Shown here piece after piece: positions 1 to 63,468 of a stretch of 64,000 nucleotides of DNA. The DNA comes from Eledone cirrhosa. Taxonomy: Eukaryota. The DNA lies in NCBI GenBank assembly GCA_964016885.1, contig OZ024760.1:20708001-20772000 (forward strand). The letters run 5' to 3'. The notes under the pieces are model-generated. The model had not been told where the DNA came from. It ran no database searches and saw nothing but the letters and a program-made list of their open reading frames with translations. Made by a program: the position numbers and the translations under genes. Numbering within the stretch: position 1 is the first letter of the stretch; every line of letters starts with the position of its first letter.

Positions 1-1030
1 TCATATGTCAATGAAGCCACTTCAAGTAAGGATTGAAACTGGAACAAAACTTAAAATTCCCAAATAAATATTTACCATTATATTACTGGCCCAAGAGAGT
101 AAATTTGCAAAAAATGAAATTTTTTTAATTAAGAATTTAAAAAAATAGTAACAATAACAGTAACAACAATAACAACAGCAATGACTACTACTGCTAGTAT
201 TACTACTACTACTACAACTACTGCTACTTCACATTCAGGAACCAAATAAAGCAGTCTATTAGAAGAATTACTGTGCAGATGGAATGATGATGATTTCTCC
301 ATTGTTGAGGCAACACTAAATTTTACTGGTGAAGTAGGGTCTTAAAACTTTCTTGGATTTTTACTTTAACACTTAACATCCTGTACCACATGAAACCACA
401 TTGGCAAAACACTCTTGAAAAGTACAAAACAACTCATTGACTACACCACATTAAAACATTAAAGTCATTGCATTTAATTTACTGTCAATTTTTTTACAAT
501 AATCTGTCTACTAGTAAAGATATTATAAAGATCTGAATTAAGAAACCACATTGACAAGACATTCTTGAAAAGTACAAAAACAGCACTATAACTACATTAC
601 ATTAAACGTTAAAGTCTTTTAGTTTACTGTCAAATTTTCACAACAATCTGCCACTAATAAAGATAATATAAACATTTGAATTAACAAACCTGAGTTAAAG
701 TAAATGAAGAAATACAGCATGTGTGATTTAGTTTGAGATTTTTTTCCTATTTAGCCAAGGGAGGGGAGCGTAATGGCTATGACCCTTTTCAGGGCTTCAA
801 AGACTGTCTGGTGGAAGTGAGGGAGAGAGGGACATATCCTTAAATCAGGAACTGGGGCTAAATTAAATTGAATTAAACTTTTAGATATGTGAACAGACCT
901 TTGTTGGGGGTCAGCTTTGATGAAATCTGTTTTAGAGAAATTATGAGAGAGTATCATTAGGGTTTTATTGATTGATATGTCTAAAGAGTGACTTGGTGGT
1001 GGTGTTGAAATGACCAGTAATTCGAGTTTA

Positions 1031-1650
1031 CAAGCCAAGGGTCAAGTGGTGGTGTTGAAGTGGGCAACAGATTAAGTCTACCAGCCAAGGGTGGAGTGGT
1101 GGTGTTGAAGTGGGCAACAGATTAAGTCTACCAGCCAAGGGTGGAGTGGTGGTGTTGAAGTGAGCAATAGATTAAGTCTACCAGCCAAGGGTCAAGTGAT
1201 GGTGTTGAAGTGGGCAACAGATTAAGTCTACCAGCTAAGAGTGAAGTGGTGGTGTTGAAGTGGGCAACATATTAAGTCTACCATCCAAGGGTCAAGTGGT
1301 GGTATTGAAGTGGGCAACAGATTAAGTCTACCAGCCAAGGGTCAAGTGATGGTGTTGAAGTGGGCAACAGATTAAGTCTACCAGCCAAGGGTGGAGTGGT
1401 GGTGTTGAGGTGGGCAACAGATTAAGTCTACCAGCCAAGGGTCAAGTGGTGGTGTTGAAGTGGGCAACAGATTAAGTCTACCAGCCAAGGGTCAAGTGGT
1501 GGTGTTGAAGTGGGCAACAGATTAAGTCTACCAGCCAAGGGTGGAGTGGTGGTGTTGAGGTGGGCAACAGATTAAGTCTACCACCTAGGGGTGAAGTGGT
1601 GGTGTTAAACCAGCCAACAATTTAAGTCTACCACCAAAGGGTGAGATGAT
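1031..1650. repeat. 50-bp minisatellite, about 12 copies
   Basis: CCAGCCAAGGGTCAAGTGGTGGTGTTGAAGTGGGCAACAGATTAAGTCTA. Confidence 0.95.
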
Positions 1651-3548
1651 GGTGAGAAACTGGGTGTCATCGAAGTACCAAGTAGACCAAAGCAGGATTT
1701 GAACTCAGAATACAAAGAGTTGGAAGACTATGAAACAACTCATCCAGCACTCTACTGATTTTGTTAATCCATTGCCCCGGGAGTAGCATTTTATTTTATC
1801 CACCTCTGAAAGAGTGGAAGGCAGAGGTGAACTTTGAACTCAAGAGTAGGGAGAAATACTGCATTATATCTCTTTCAATGCCCTACCGATTCTAGACTGG
1901 TATTTTATAGGAATTGATTGACAAGATCCCAGACCTCACTCGCTTGCCAAGTGGGATGGAACTTATCCAATTGAACCAAAGAAACAATGTGAAATAAAGT
2001 GTCTTGCTCAAGGACATAACGCATCACTCGGTCTGGGAATTGAACTCATGACCTCATGATTGTGAATCCAATCCTCTTACTAAGCCACATGCCTTCATAT
2101 ATTATTTTATACATTATTTTATCAACACTAAAAAAATGAAAAGCAAAGTTGACATTGGTGGGACTTGAATTCAAAGTGCAGAGAAATGGAATATTTCAAA
2201 GTATTTATCCTATGGTTTAACAACTTTGCCATTGAGTTGCATAGTTTAACCCTTTACATACATTACTCAATATATACTATCATATTTTCACATACTTATC
2301 TCACAAAATCTATGATATTTTGCCATTGAGTTGCATAGTTCAACCCTTTACTCAATATATACTATCATATTTTCACATACTTATCTCACATAATATCAAA
2401 TCTATGATATTTTGATATTATCTATTTTGAGAAGTTACAGCCGGTTTGAACAGAAAGAGGTGAGAGAATTCTGGCTGGATATGGCCGGTTTAAATATACA
2501 TATATATATATATTTTTTGAAAATTTAGAAGGTTCAACATTATTTTTTTCTGATGAAGCTTCTAAATTTTCAATAAATACATAGTTGCGAAATGTTTCTG
2601 AAATTAAATTTATATATATATATATATATATAAATATATATGTAGGAGGTGAGTTTTATTGTAGCACAATAAAGCAATGCAAATATCGGATAAGTAGCAC
2701 TCTACAGTTTGTAGGACTGGAGTATAAATAATATAAGATCAATTTTATACATTTTTTTTTACGTTAGATTTTTCTTCCTTAAATTCCTTATCTCTTCCTT
2801 TCATGCTCGTTTGACTTTTACATATTACAATACATAAAAACAAACTTAAACCCTAACTAATTTCTTTTAATATATTATATTATTACCATTAGAAAATATT
2901 TCGTTAACATATATTTTTTGATGTTAGATATTTTCTTCCTTAAACATTCTTTTCTTCTTTGCTTTCTGCGCTCATTTTTAAACAAACTATTTACGTACAT
3001 ATATTACGCACACATATTACATTACATAAAAACAAACTTAAACACTAACTAATTCCTCTAAATTCATAACTCATTCATTCTTCTACTTCTTTTCACATTA
3101 TATCCTTAATAACATTAATATTTTTATTTTAATAATACATATTAATAATTTCTTTTCCTCACACACATTATTAAACCCTTCAATATACAAACCTTAATTT
3201 AATATTATTCTTAATCCCTTTTTCTCTTCATGCATAAACCTCATCAACTTTTAATTTCAAATCTTTTAAATTATCTATTATCTTCCAACGGCTTTTTAAC
3301 TTCTCTCTGTGAGACAATATATATTTTTTTCTCAGTTGTAAAGGCTATCTCTCTCTCTCTATCACCCATCTCTCCTCCTCTCTCATCCTTCCTTCTTATA
3401 CTCCTCCTCCACCATTCTTTACTATCATCTCCTCTCCCCACCCCTCACTTTTTTCCAATCTCGTACATCAATCTTAAATTATTTTTCATATGTTGATTTA
3501 AAACTTCACTATTCACAAATGTTTTTTAAGCTTCATATCCTGTATCCC

Positions 3549-3613
3549 TATTTTATCTGATGAAAACGCAGATATCATCCCATATTTGTTTTTGAAATGT
3601 GCATAATAAAATA
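3549..3613 (+). ncRNA. Minimal hammerhead motif, same family as 51271
   Basis: TATTTTAT-CTGATGA...GAAA-T-GTGC-A-TA-ATAAAATA. Confidence 0.65.
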
Positions 3614-3679
3614 CATGGAACTCTTTTAACCATCTTTTGATCTTATATTATATAAATATAAATATATATATATATCTTC

Positions 3680-4190
3680 CTCTTCTTCTTTGCCCACTTA
3701 TTCCTGAGAGGTCCTGTCAGAAGCAGCCATCTACTACTGATCCGGCTGGATGTCCAAGCAAGACCAGCCAAGCCCATGGATGTTATCCAACCATCTTGCG
3801 CGGGGTGGCTCTACCCCTGCATCTCTTGCTGGTTGGTTTTCCTTGTAAAGTCTGTCCAGTGATTCTTTCCTGAGACATTCTAACCATATGCCCATAGTAT
3901 CGGAGCTGGGATCTCTCAATTCACAGAAATAACAGCTCTACCTGGAGTGACTCTCTGATCTCCGAGCTTCACACTCTTTCGAGTAATGTTACTCCAAAGA
4001 CCCTTTGGAGGAATCCCATTTCGGCTGCTTGTATTCACGATCATATACTTTCAGTCATTACCCAAAATTCATGACCATAGGTAAGGGTTGGTACAAAAAC
4101 TTTGGCTTTTATGCCTACCGCCTTTCTTCTGATTACTGAATGCTGAAGGGGGCATATTACTGCACCAGCTTTTGCAATTCTTGTGTACAT
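3680..4190 (-). mobile_element. Decayed RTE-clade LINE fragment (related copy at about 27760-28700)
   Basis: Minus strand reads PTLTYGHEFWVMTE...IQAAEM-like RT C-terminal motifs with stops. Confidence 0.7.
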
Positions 4191-5358
4191 ATCATCATCA
4201 TTTTACGTCCGCTTTTCCCTGCTTGCAAGGGTGGGATGGAAACTGATTGTGGCTTGATTTCTACAGCTGGATGCTCTTCCTAACACCAACCTCATTTACA
4301 GTGAGTGCTGGGTGCTTTTTGCCGTGGCACCTTCACGACCACTTTGCAGTGGAATGATAGAGACCCCAGTCCTATCATCTCATTTATACAGCTGAGTAAA
4401 CTGGAGCAATGTGAAATAAAGTGTCTTGCTCAAGGAAACAACACATCACCCGGTCTGAGAATTGAACTCACAACCTTTCGATTGCAAGGCCAATGCTCTA
4501 ACCACTAAGCCTTGTGCCTTACATTTATATATATATATAAATGTAAATCTGAGAGTTTTTAGAATATTAATAATAATATTCGATTCATTTGCAATTATGC
4601 AAAAAGCCTCTTTAAGCCATGTGAGTAGAATGACCCCGTCAACACAGGAGCAAGAATGACGGGGGTCATTCTACTCACATGGCTTAAAGAGGCTGTTTGC
4701 ATAATTGCAAACGAATTGAATATTATTATTAATATTTTAAAAACTCAGATTTATATTTCTTGTATTCAGCCATGTAGAGCGATAAAACTATTTCTTAGTT
4801 ATTTGACTATGGCAAAGCTGACCATTAATCACACGTATACATAAAACTGACCAGCCTGTTTGCTGATATGCAAATCTGGCTGAATAGTGGGTCTGCTAAT
4901 ATATTCCTGAAAGATCATATATTTTCACTAGCTCTGACAGTTGGCTGGTAAACTGTATATGGTACTGATGAAGGGTAATAAACCAGAAACATTAGTGTCT
5001 GCCGTTGTTTATATGCAAACAGAACAACAAGAATGACGGAGTCATTCTACTGACATGGCTTAAAGAGGCTGTTTGCATAATTGCAAACAAATCGAATATT
5101 ATTATTAATATTTGAAAATAGGGTGGTGGATTGGCAGTATCGGTAGAGGGTCAGACGCCATGCTTTGATGCATAGAGTTATGGCCCTTGCCATTCTGAGT
5201 TCAAATCCCGCCGAGGTTAACTTTGCCTTTCATCCTTACGGGGTCGATAAAATAAAGTACCAGTAATACACTGGGTAATTGCCGGTCTTGTGCCAAAAGT
5301 AGAAACAATTATTAATATTTGAAAAACTCAGCCATGTACAGCGATAAAACTATTTGTA

Positions 5359-5399
<41 letters not shown>

Positions 5400-6509
5400 A
5401 ACATACACACACACTTACATGTGTGTAGCAAAATCTATGAAATGTGCTTTGAACTACCCCCTTCCTCACAGTTGGCAAAACGAATTATACGACCAGAGAC
5501 ACAGACACCTGACCTCATAGATAAGTGGTCACTGATATCGCCAAACTGGCTGGAAGAATATTATTTCCTGGGGGGGGGGGGGGGTCATCTGTATAGTGTC
5601 AATGACCATAGTGAGCGCCCTACTGTCCAGCAGTCAGTCCAGTTGAGTCTGTTTCAGTCACATGAACAATGTAATTGCCAAAAGAGACTCATTTCATCTT
5701 GTTGGGCTGGCCACCACTTTATAAATATATATATATATATATATAAATATAGGAAAATGTTTGACCCCCGACGGCAGAGCTCAAGCTGTTTTGACGGCTA
5801 TTTCTGAACTGAAATAGCTGTCGAAGCGGCTTGAGCTCTGCCGTCGTGGTTAAACATTTTCCTACTACCCACTCTACTACACTAAGTATTGAGTACTCTG
5901 GTGCGTTATGATCCATCTGGTTCCTTACCACAACTCCTTCGTTATATATAAATATATATATATATATACACACACAAATATATATATATATACGCATACA
6001 TACATATATTCATATATATATATGAATATATATAAAAATACATATATAGATATACACATATGTCTACATATATGTGTTAGGAAGAGCACCCAGCTGTATT
6101 AACCCCGGGTAAATTTACAGCCCCATTGGAGCAAGGTAAGCATTGCCAATCCTAGTCAGACTTACCTCTCAATGTGGACGACCTGTCTGACCCATGCAAG
6201 CATGGAAAAATGGATGTAAAACAATGATGATACATATGTTTATATCTGCATATTTATATATATATATGTGTGTGTGTAAACGTGGTTGGTGTTAGGAAGG
6301 GCATCCAGCCGTAGAAAACCTGCCAGACAGTCCTATATGAGCGAGACACGGTCACCTGACCAATCTTGCCTCAAGTGGGACAATTCCCGTCTAAACCCAG
6401 GCTAGTGTGGAAGATAGACGTTAAATGATGATGATGATGATGATGATATATATATATATCATCATCATCATTATTCGTCCGCTTTTCCCTAATATAATAT
6501 AATATATCT

Positions 6510-6815
6510 ATATACGCGAACGGCAAAGCATAAATGAATTGAGAGAGAGACTGAGCATAAGAGGAATCAAATGCTGTGTGCAGGAGAGGCGGTTGCGTTG
6601 GTATGGACATGTGATGCGTATGAAGGCTGACAGCTGCATAAAAAGGTGCAGAGCAGTAGAAGTCGATGGAAACCGCGGAGTGGGGAGACCCAAGAAGACC
6701 TGGGATGAGGTGATAAAAGCCGACCTTACCCAATTACACCTCTCAAAGGCGATGACACACGACCGTGACCTCTGGCGTCACGCAGTAATACAGAAGACCC
6801 CCCCCCCCCATGGGT
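6510..6815 (+). mobile_element. RTE-clade LINE 3' fragment
   Basis: RRLRWYGHVMRM...GRPKKTWDEVIKADL. Confidence 0.85.
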
Positions 6816-7169
6816 ACAAGCTGAAGCATATAGACAATATGGATTGAAGAATTAGCCGTCGAAATGGCTTGAGCTCAGCCGTTGGGGTCCCACTCGTTCC
6901 TAATACCCACTCTACTACCCTGAGTACTTTGGTGCGTTATGGTCCATCTGGTTCCATACCACATTTCCTTCGTTATATATATATATATATACACATGATG
7001 GCTGCAATTTCGAATAATGCCATTGCTTGATACATAAGCATGAGTATCACAGATGTCTCTTTTAATCCTGCTAGGGACTTGCCTATGGATTGTCATGCAT
7101 CGCAAAAAATGTCGCATATCAAGCGATGCCTGTGCTTGAAGCTTTTTTTAGTGCGGAAAGGCTTTGCAC

Positions 7170-7198
7170 TTATATATATATATGCATATATATATATA

Positions 7199-7262
<64 letters not shown>

Positions 7263-7333
7263 TATACACACATACATAAACCTACATACATCAATCCACA
7301 CATATACATACACACATATTCACACAGATACAT

Positions 7334-7366
<33 letters not shown>

Positions 7367-8130
7367 CACATACCACACACATATTTACAGATACATACAT
7401 ACACACACACATTTCCAGACACAGATACATACACATTTCCAGACACATAGATACATACATATATACAAACACATTTCCAAACAGACAGATATACACACAC
7501 ACACACATTTCCAGACAGACAGATACATACATACACGCACATACACATTTCCAGACAGACAGATACAGACATACATATGCAGACACATTTCCAGACATAC
7601 AGACACATATTTCCAGAGAGACAGATACAGACACACATTTCCAGACATACAGACGCATATTTCCAGAGAGACAGATACAGACACATTTCCAGACATACAG
7701 ACACATATTTCCAGAGAGACAGATACAGACACACATTTCCAGACATACAGACACACATTTCCAGACATACAGATGCAAACAAATTTCCAGACATTTCCAG
7801 ACGGACAAATACAGGCACACATTTCCAGATAGACAGATGCAGACACATTTCCAGACAGACAGATACAGACACACATTTCCAGACATACAGATACAGACAC
7901 ACATTTCCAGACAGACATTTCCAGACATACAAACACACATTTCCAGACAGAGACGGAGCAATGAGAGCAAGAGGCAGATGATGCAAGCAAACATGAAGAT
8001 GTTTGATGACATTACAAATAGATTATATTTATGTTATATAAGCAGAGAGTGAGAGAGAGGTGAGAGAAGAGAGAGAGATTTGAGAAAGACAAGAGAGAGA
8101 CAGTGATGAGAGAGAAAGAGAGAGATGCAA

Positions 8131-8215
<85 letters not shown>

Positions 8216-8395
8216 TGCGAGAGAGAGAGAGAGAGAGAAAGAGAGGAGAAAGAAGAGAGAGAGAGTGAGAGAGAGAGAGAGAGAGAGATGCAACAAAGAG
8301 AGCAAGAGAGAGAGAGATGCAACAAAGAGAGAACGAGAGAGAGAGATGCAACAGAGAGAGAGAGAGAGAGAGATGCAACAAAGAGCGGAAGGGTG
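7170..8395. repeat. Compound simple repeats: (TA)n, ACACATTTCCAGAC-type minisatellite, (GA)n
   Basis: Direct inspection. Confidence 0.9.
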
Positions 8396-8581
8396 AGAGG
8401 TGAGAAGGTGGCAAGTTTCAATTTACAATGAAATGGCAGTGTTTATTACATCTAACAATTATAGCATACTGTCTAAAGTTGTGGTAGGGTGGTGGTGGTG
8501 GGGGCTGGGAAGTGGTGGAAGTGGTGGTGGGGGCTGGGAAGTGGTGGTGGTGGTGGTGGTGGTGTTACCTGGAAACGCTGA

Positions 8582-8605
8582 CTATCTTCGGTATTGGTTA
8601 AACAT
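8582..8605 (-). CDS. Candidate terminal coding exon of the LRP1-like gene (MFNQYRR*)
   Basis: Acceptor CTAAT...TTCTATTTCCAG; phase-0 join gives TAG at 8582-8584; AATAAA on the minus strand at 8442-8447. No homology support. Confidence 0.35.
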   Translation of the reverse strand: MFNQYRR

Positions 8606-9180
8606 CTGGAAATAGAATCAATTAGACCAAATATTGTACAGGTGTGCACAGCAGCAAGGGCAGTTAATGACAGGTAGATAGGTGAGGCCAAAAATGATGT
8701 ATTGGGGGTGCACAAGTGAAATAATATTAGAACATTTTTAAAAAATCCCAAAACAACAACAAAAGCAACAACAAATTTAGGGGAAAAAAAACACCAAAAG
8801 CCAAATAAAAATAATAACAACAATAATAATAAAATAAACAATGAACAAAAAACACACAAAATACCATCTGGTAATATTTTAATATTATATATTAATCTCA
8901 TTCATTGGTGTGTTGGCCAAGCTGGAGCATGCCCTCCTCCTTTCTAGGATACAGTTGATTATATAAACCCCATCCCATTCCCAGCCTTGTGAGCTGGAAT
9001 GGCTCTTCCAGAGCACCTCACCATCCTTTGGAGAAACACCTTCTTCATTCTGTCTGCCAGAACCTCAGGGTGGCCAGTGTTTGGGCCTCCATTGTGAGAG
9101 TTGGGGAGAGCAGGAGAGATGGAGGCAGTGACAGTGAGATTTTGGTTCCTTTCTGTTTGGAGTTGGTGTATATGTTACAT

Positions 9181-10175
9181 AGATACACACTCAAGCTACC
9201 CTTAACTCAGAGATACACACTCAAGCTACCCTTAACTCAGAGATACACACTCAAGCTACCCTTAACTCATAGATACATACTCAAGCTACCCTTAACTCAG
9301 AGATACACACTCAAGCTACCCTTAACTCAGAGATACACACTCAAGCCACTGTTAACTCACAGATACATACTCAAGCTACCGTTAACAGACAAGTTTCACT
9401 CAGGTGAAGCTTCACACTCAAGCTACTGTTAACAGACAAGTTTCACTCAGGTGAAGCTTCACACTCAAGCTACTGTTAACAGACACGTTTCACTCAAGTG
9501 AAGCTTCACACTCAAGCTACCGTTAACAGACACGTTTCACTCAAGTGAAGCTTCACACTCAAGCTACCGTTAACAGACAAGTTTCACTCAGGTGAAGCTT
9601 CACACTCAAGCTAACGTTAACAGACACGTTTCACTCAAGTGAAGCTTCACACTCAAGCTACCGTTAACAGACACGTTTCACTCAAGTGAAGCTTCACACT
9701 CAAGCTACCGTTAACAGACACGTTTCACTCAAGTGAAGCTTTACACTCAAGCTACCGTTAACAGACACGTTTCACTCAGGTGAAGCTTCACACTCAAGCT
9801 AACGTTAATAGACACGTTTCACTCAAGTGAAGCTTCACACTCAAGCTAACGTTAACAGACAAGTTTCACTCAGGTGAAGCTTCACACTCAAGCTAACATT
9901 AACAGACACGTTTCACTCAAGTGAAGCTTCACACTCAAGCTACCGTTAACAGACACGTTTCACTCAGGTGAAGCTTCACACTCAAGCTAACGTTAACAGA
10001 CAAGTTTCACTCAAGTGAAGCTTCACACTCAAGCTACCGTTAACAGACACGTTTCACTCAGGTGAAGCTTCACACTCAAGCTACCGTTAACAGACACGTT
10101 TCACTCAAGTGAAGCTTCACACTCAAGCTACTGTTAACAGACAAGTTTCACTCAAGTGAAGCTTCACACTCAAGT
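9181..10175. repeat. 30-bp array (about 7 copies) grading into a related 47-bp array (about 17 copies)
   Basis: Both units share ACACTCAAGCTACC(C/G)TTAAC. Confidence 0.95.
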
Positions 10176-10526
10176 TTTCATGGTCTTCATCTCACCACTT
10201 TTCAATGTCATTGTTTTTAAATTTTAGTCCAAGGGGACAGCATTTTGAAAGACAGGGGCAGGAAGTGAAGTATATCGAACCTCATCTATCCCCAATTTGT
10301 TTAATTAGCGGCAAAGAGGCATAGTCGGTAGAGCGTCAGACAACATGCTTAGTGGCATAGAGTTATGGTCCTTAATGGTCTGAGCTCAAATCCCACCAAG
10401 GTTAACTTTGCCTTTCATCCTTACAGGGTCGATAAAATAAAGTACCAGTAATGTACTGGAGTCAATTTAATCGACTTTCCCTTCCCCAAAAAATTGTTGG
10501 CCTTGTGTCTATAGTAGAAACCATTA

Positions 10527-11515
10527 TTTAACTAGTACATTAACTAGTACATTTAACTAGTACATTAACTAGTACATTAACTAGTACATTAACTAGTACA
10601 TTTAACTAGTACATTTAACTAGTACATTAACTAGTACATTAACTAGTACATTTAACTAGTACATTAACTAGCTAGTACATTAACTAGTACATTAACTAGT
10701 ACATTAACTAGTACATTTAACTAGTACATTTAACTAGTACATTAACTAGTACATTAACTAGTACATTAACTAGTACATTAACTAGTACATTTAACTAGTA
10801 CATTAACTAGTACATTAACTAGTACATTAACTAGTACATTAACTAGTACATTAACTAGTACATTTAACTAGTACATTAACTAGTACATTAACTAGTACAT
10901 TAACTAGTACATTTAACTAGTACATTAACTAGCTAGTACATTAACTAGTACATTAACTAGTACATTAACTAGTACATTTAACTAGTACATTTAACTAGTA
11001 CATTAACTAGTACATTAACTAGTACATTAACTAGTACATTAACTAGTACATTTAACTAGTACATTAACTAGTACATTAACTAGTACATTTAACTAGTACA
11101 TTAACTAGCTAGTACATTAACTAGTACATTAACTAGTACATTTAACTAGTACATTTAACTAGTACATTAACTAGTACATTAACTAGTACATTAACTAGTA
11201 CATTTAACTAGTACATTAACTAGTACATTAACTAGTACATTTAACTAGTACATTAACTAGCTAGTACATTAACTAGTACATTAACTAGTACATTAACTAG
11301 TACATTAACTAGTACATTTAACTAGTACATTAACTAGTACATTAACTAGTACATTAACTAGTACATTTAACTAGTACATTAACTAGTACATTAACTAGTA
11401 CATTTAACTAGTACATTAACTAGTACATTAACTAGTACATTAACTAGTACATTAACTAGTACATTAAACTAGTACATTAAACTAGTACATTAACTAGTAC
11501 ATTAAACTAGTACAT
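10527..11515. repeat. 12-13-bp satellite (TTAACTAGTACA)n, about 80 copies
   Basis: Direct inspection. Confidence 0.97.
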
Positions 11516-11794
11516 GCTTTGACGCATAGAGTTACGGTCCTTGCCATTCTGAGATCAAATCCCACCGAGGTTAACTTTGCCTTTCATCCTTACAGGGTCG
11601 ATAAAATAAAGTACCAGTAATACACTGGTTAATTGATGGCCTTGTGCCTATAGTAGAAACCATTATTTAACTAGTACATTTTTTTTATTGACCCATAGAA
11701 AGATGACAGGTAAAGTTGACCTCAGCAGGACAACACTAATTACTAAGGGTATTCATTGTTGTAGTTAATAGGGGTTAAGTTTTCTCTCTTTCTC

Positions 11795-12200
11795 TCACAC
11801 ACTGGGGAGAGAGAGAGAGAGAGAGAGAGAGACTAACACACACTGGCGAGAGAGAGAGAGACTAACACACACTGGCGAGAGAGAAAGAGCCTAACACACA
11901 CTGGGGACAGAGAGAGAGACTAACACACACTGGGGAGAGAGAGAGAGAGACTAACACACACTGGCGAGAGAGAGAGAGCCTAACACACACTGGGGACAGA
12001 GAGAGAGCCTAACACACACTGGGGACAGAGAGAGAGAGAGACTAACACACACTGGGGACAGAGAGAGAGAGAGAGAGACTAACACACACTGGCGAGAGAG
12101 AGAGAGCCTAACACACACTGGGGACAGAGAGAGAGAGACTAACACACACTGGGGACAGAGAGAGAGAGAGACTAACACACACTGGGGAGAGATACACACA
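11795..12200. repeat. (GA)n-CTAACACACACTGG compound minisatellite
   Basis: Direct inspection. Confidence 0.9.
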
Positions 12201-12260
12201 CACGCAGAGAGAGAGAGAGAAAGAGAGAGAGGGAGAGAGGGGCAGTAGTATGAAACAGAC

Positions 12261-60975
<48,715 letters not shown>

Positions 60976-61902
60976 CTAAGGAGAGATGAAGTTAAAATAT
61001 AAAATAAATGAAGAATGTATGTTTAGGAAGCAGCAAGCTGAGTTTGAAAATTAGAAGACTTTGCCGTAACTCCGACTAAATGAAATAGTCTAATAATTGT
61101 TTCTACTTTAGGCACAAGGCCAGCAATTACCCAGTGCATTACTGGTACTTTATTTTATCGACCCCGTAAGGATGAAAGGCAAAGTCAACCTCGGCGGGAT
61201 TTGAACTCAGATCGTAAAGGGACGTAACTATGCTGGAAAGCATGGCGTCCGACCCTCTACTGATACTGCTAATCCACCGCCCTTAAATAGTCTAATAATG
61301 ATTTCTACTGTGAGTACAAGGCCAGCAATTTTGGGGAGAGGGGAAAGTCGATTAAACTGACCCCAGTGCATTACTGGTGCTTTATTTTATCGACTTTGTA
61401 AGGTCGATAAAATAAAGCACCAGTAATGCACTGGGATCGATTTAATTGACTTTCCCCTCCTACAAAATTGCTGGCCTTGTCGGTTAGAGTCCCATGTATG
61501 CTGATATCTTTTTCCATTCAGTGGATTTATAAGCCCTGTTATTTATAGGCTGTTTTATTCAGTCAAAATTAAGGTGAAGAATATAGAAACGATAACCCAT
61601 ATATTTATGGATGGGGGCACAAATATCTATTTCATCTTAAATGTTTATAAGCGAATATTTCCAATTATGCATATTCTAGGATTAGACATACTAGATCAAG
61701 ATAAGATTATATTTGACTCCCTAAATGACAATTAACAGGAACACAGTTTGATACAAACAGAAATACACAGTCATGTTTCTATAGAATAATATTCAGTAGA
61801 GTTATTTTGATATTCTCCTGTTTGCTGAACTATAATCGTAAATCCATATATAACATATTGTGTGGAAAAGATCTAAACATCTGCTTAAAGATTATTGTTC
61901 TT

Positions 61903-63263
61903 ATACCTGTAAACTATATATATATAGATATATATGGTACCTGTAAACTATATATATATAGATATATATGGTACCTGTAAACTATATATATATATATGGT
62001 ACCTGTAAACTATATATATATATGGTACCTGTAAACTATATATATATATATATATGGTACCTGTAAACTATATATATATATGGTACCTGTAAACTATATA
62101 GGTATATATATGGTACCTGTAAACTATATATATATATATATATATATGGTACCTGTAAACTATATAGGTATATATATGGTACCAGTAAACTATATATATA
62201 TATATATGGTACCTGTAAACTATATATATATATATGGTACCTGTAAACTATATATATATGGTACCTGTAAACTATATATATATCTATATGGTACCTGTAA
62301 ACTATATATATATATATATGGTACCTGTAAACTATATATATATATATATATATATATATGGTACCTGTAAACTATATATATATATATATATATGGTACCT
62401 GTAAACTATATATATATATATATGGTACCTGTAAACTATATATATATATATATATATATGGTACCTGTAAACTATATATATATATATATATATATGGTAC
62501 CTGTAAACTATATATATATATATATATGGTACCTGTAAACTATATATATATATGGTACCTGTAAACTATATATATATATATATAGTACCTGTAAACTATA
62601 TATATATATATGGTACCTGTAAACTATATATATATATATATGGTACCTGTAAACTATATATATATATATATGGTACCTGTAAACTATATATATATATATA
62701 TATATATATATGGTACCTGTAAACTATATATATATATATGGTACCTGTAAACTATATAGGTATATATATGGTACCTGTAAACTATATATATATATATATG
62801 GTACCTGTAAACTATATATATATATATATATGGTACCTGTAAACTATATATATATATATATATGGTACCTGTAAACTATATATATATATATGGTACCTGT
62901 AAACTATATATATATATGGTACCTGTAAACTATATAGGTATATATATGGTACCTGTAAACTATATATATATATATATATGGTACCTGTAAACTATATATA
63001 TATGGTACCTGTAAACTATATATATATGGTACCTGTAAACTATATAGATATATATGGTACCTGTAAACTATATAGGTATATATATGGTACCTGTAAACTA
63101 TATATATATATATATGGTACCTGTAAACTATATAGATATATATAGTACCTGTAAACTATATATATATGGTACCTGTAAACTATATAGGTATATATATGGT
63201 ACCTATAAACTATATAGGTATATATATGGTACCTGTAAACTATATATATATATGGTACCAGTA

Positions 63264-63297
<34 letters not shown>

Positions 63298-63468
63298 TAC
63301 CTGTAAACTATATATATATATATATGGTACCTGTAAACTACATAGATATATATATATATATGGTACCAGTAAACTATATATATATATATGGTACCTGTAA
63401 ACTGTATAGATATATATATATGGTACCTGTAAACTATATAGATATATATATGGTACCTGTAAACTATC
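61903..63468. repeat. GGTACCTGTAAAC-(TA)n compound minisatellite
   Basis: Constant 13-bp core with a variable TA spacer. Confidence 0.95.

Noticed and set aside
7090-8421. Multiple long ORFs (YIYI, HTHT, SLSL, RERE)
   Set aside because: They are translations of microsatellites.
9015-9150. Possible extra cytoplasmic exon ending AAGGATG|GTGAG on the minus strand
   Set aside because: No convincing phase-compatible acceptor, nearby in-frame stops and no LRP-like motif.
10527-11515. Similarity of TTAACTAGTAC to the E. coli trp operator
   Set aside because: Short coincidental match in an animal intron; the unit derives from the local SINE flank.
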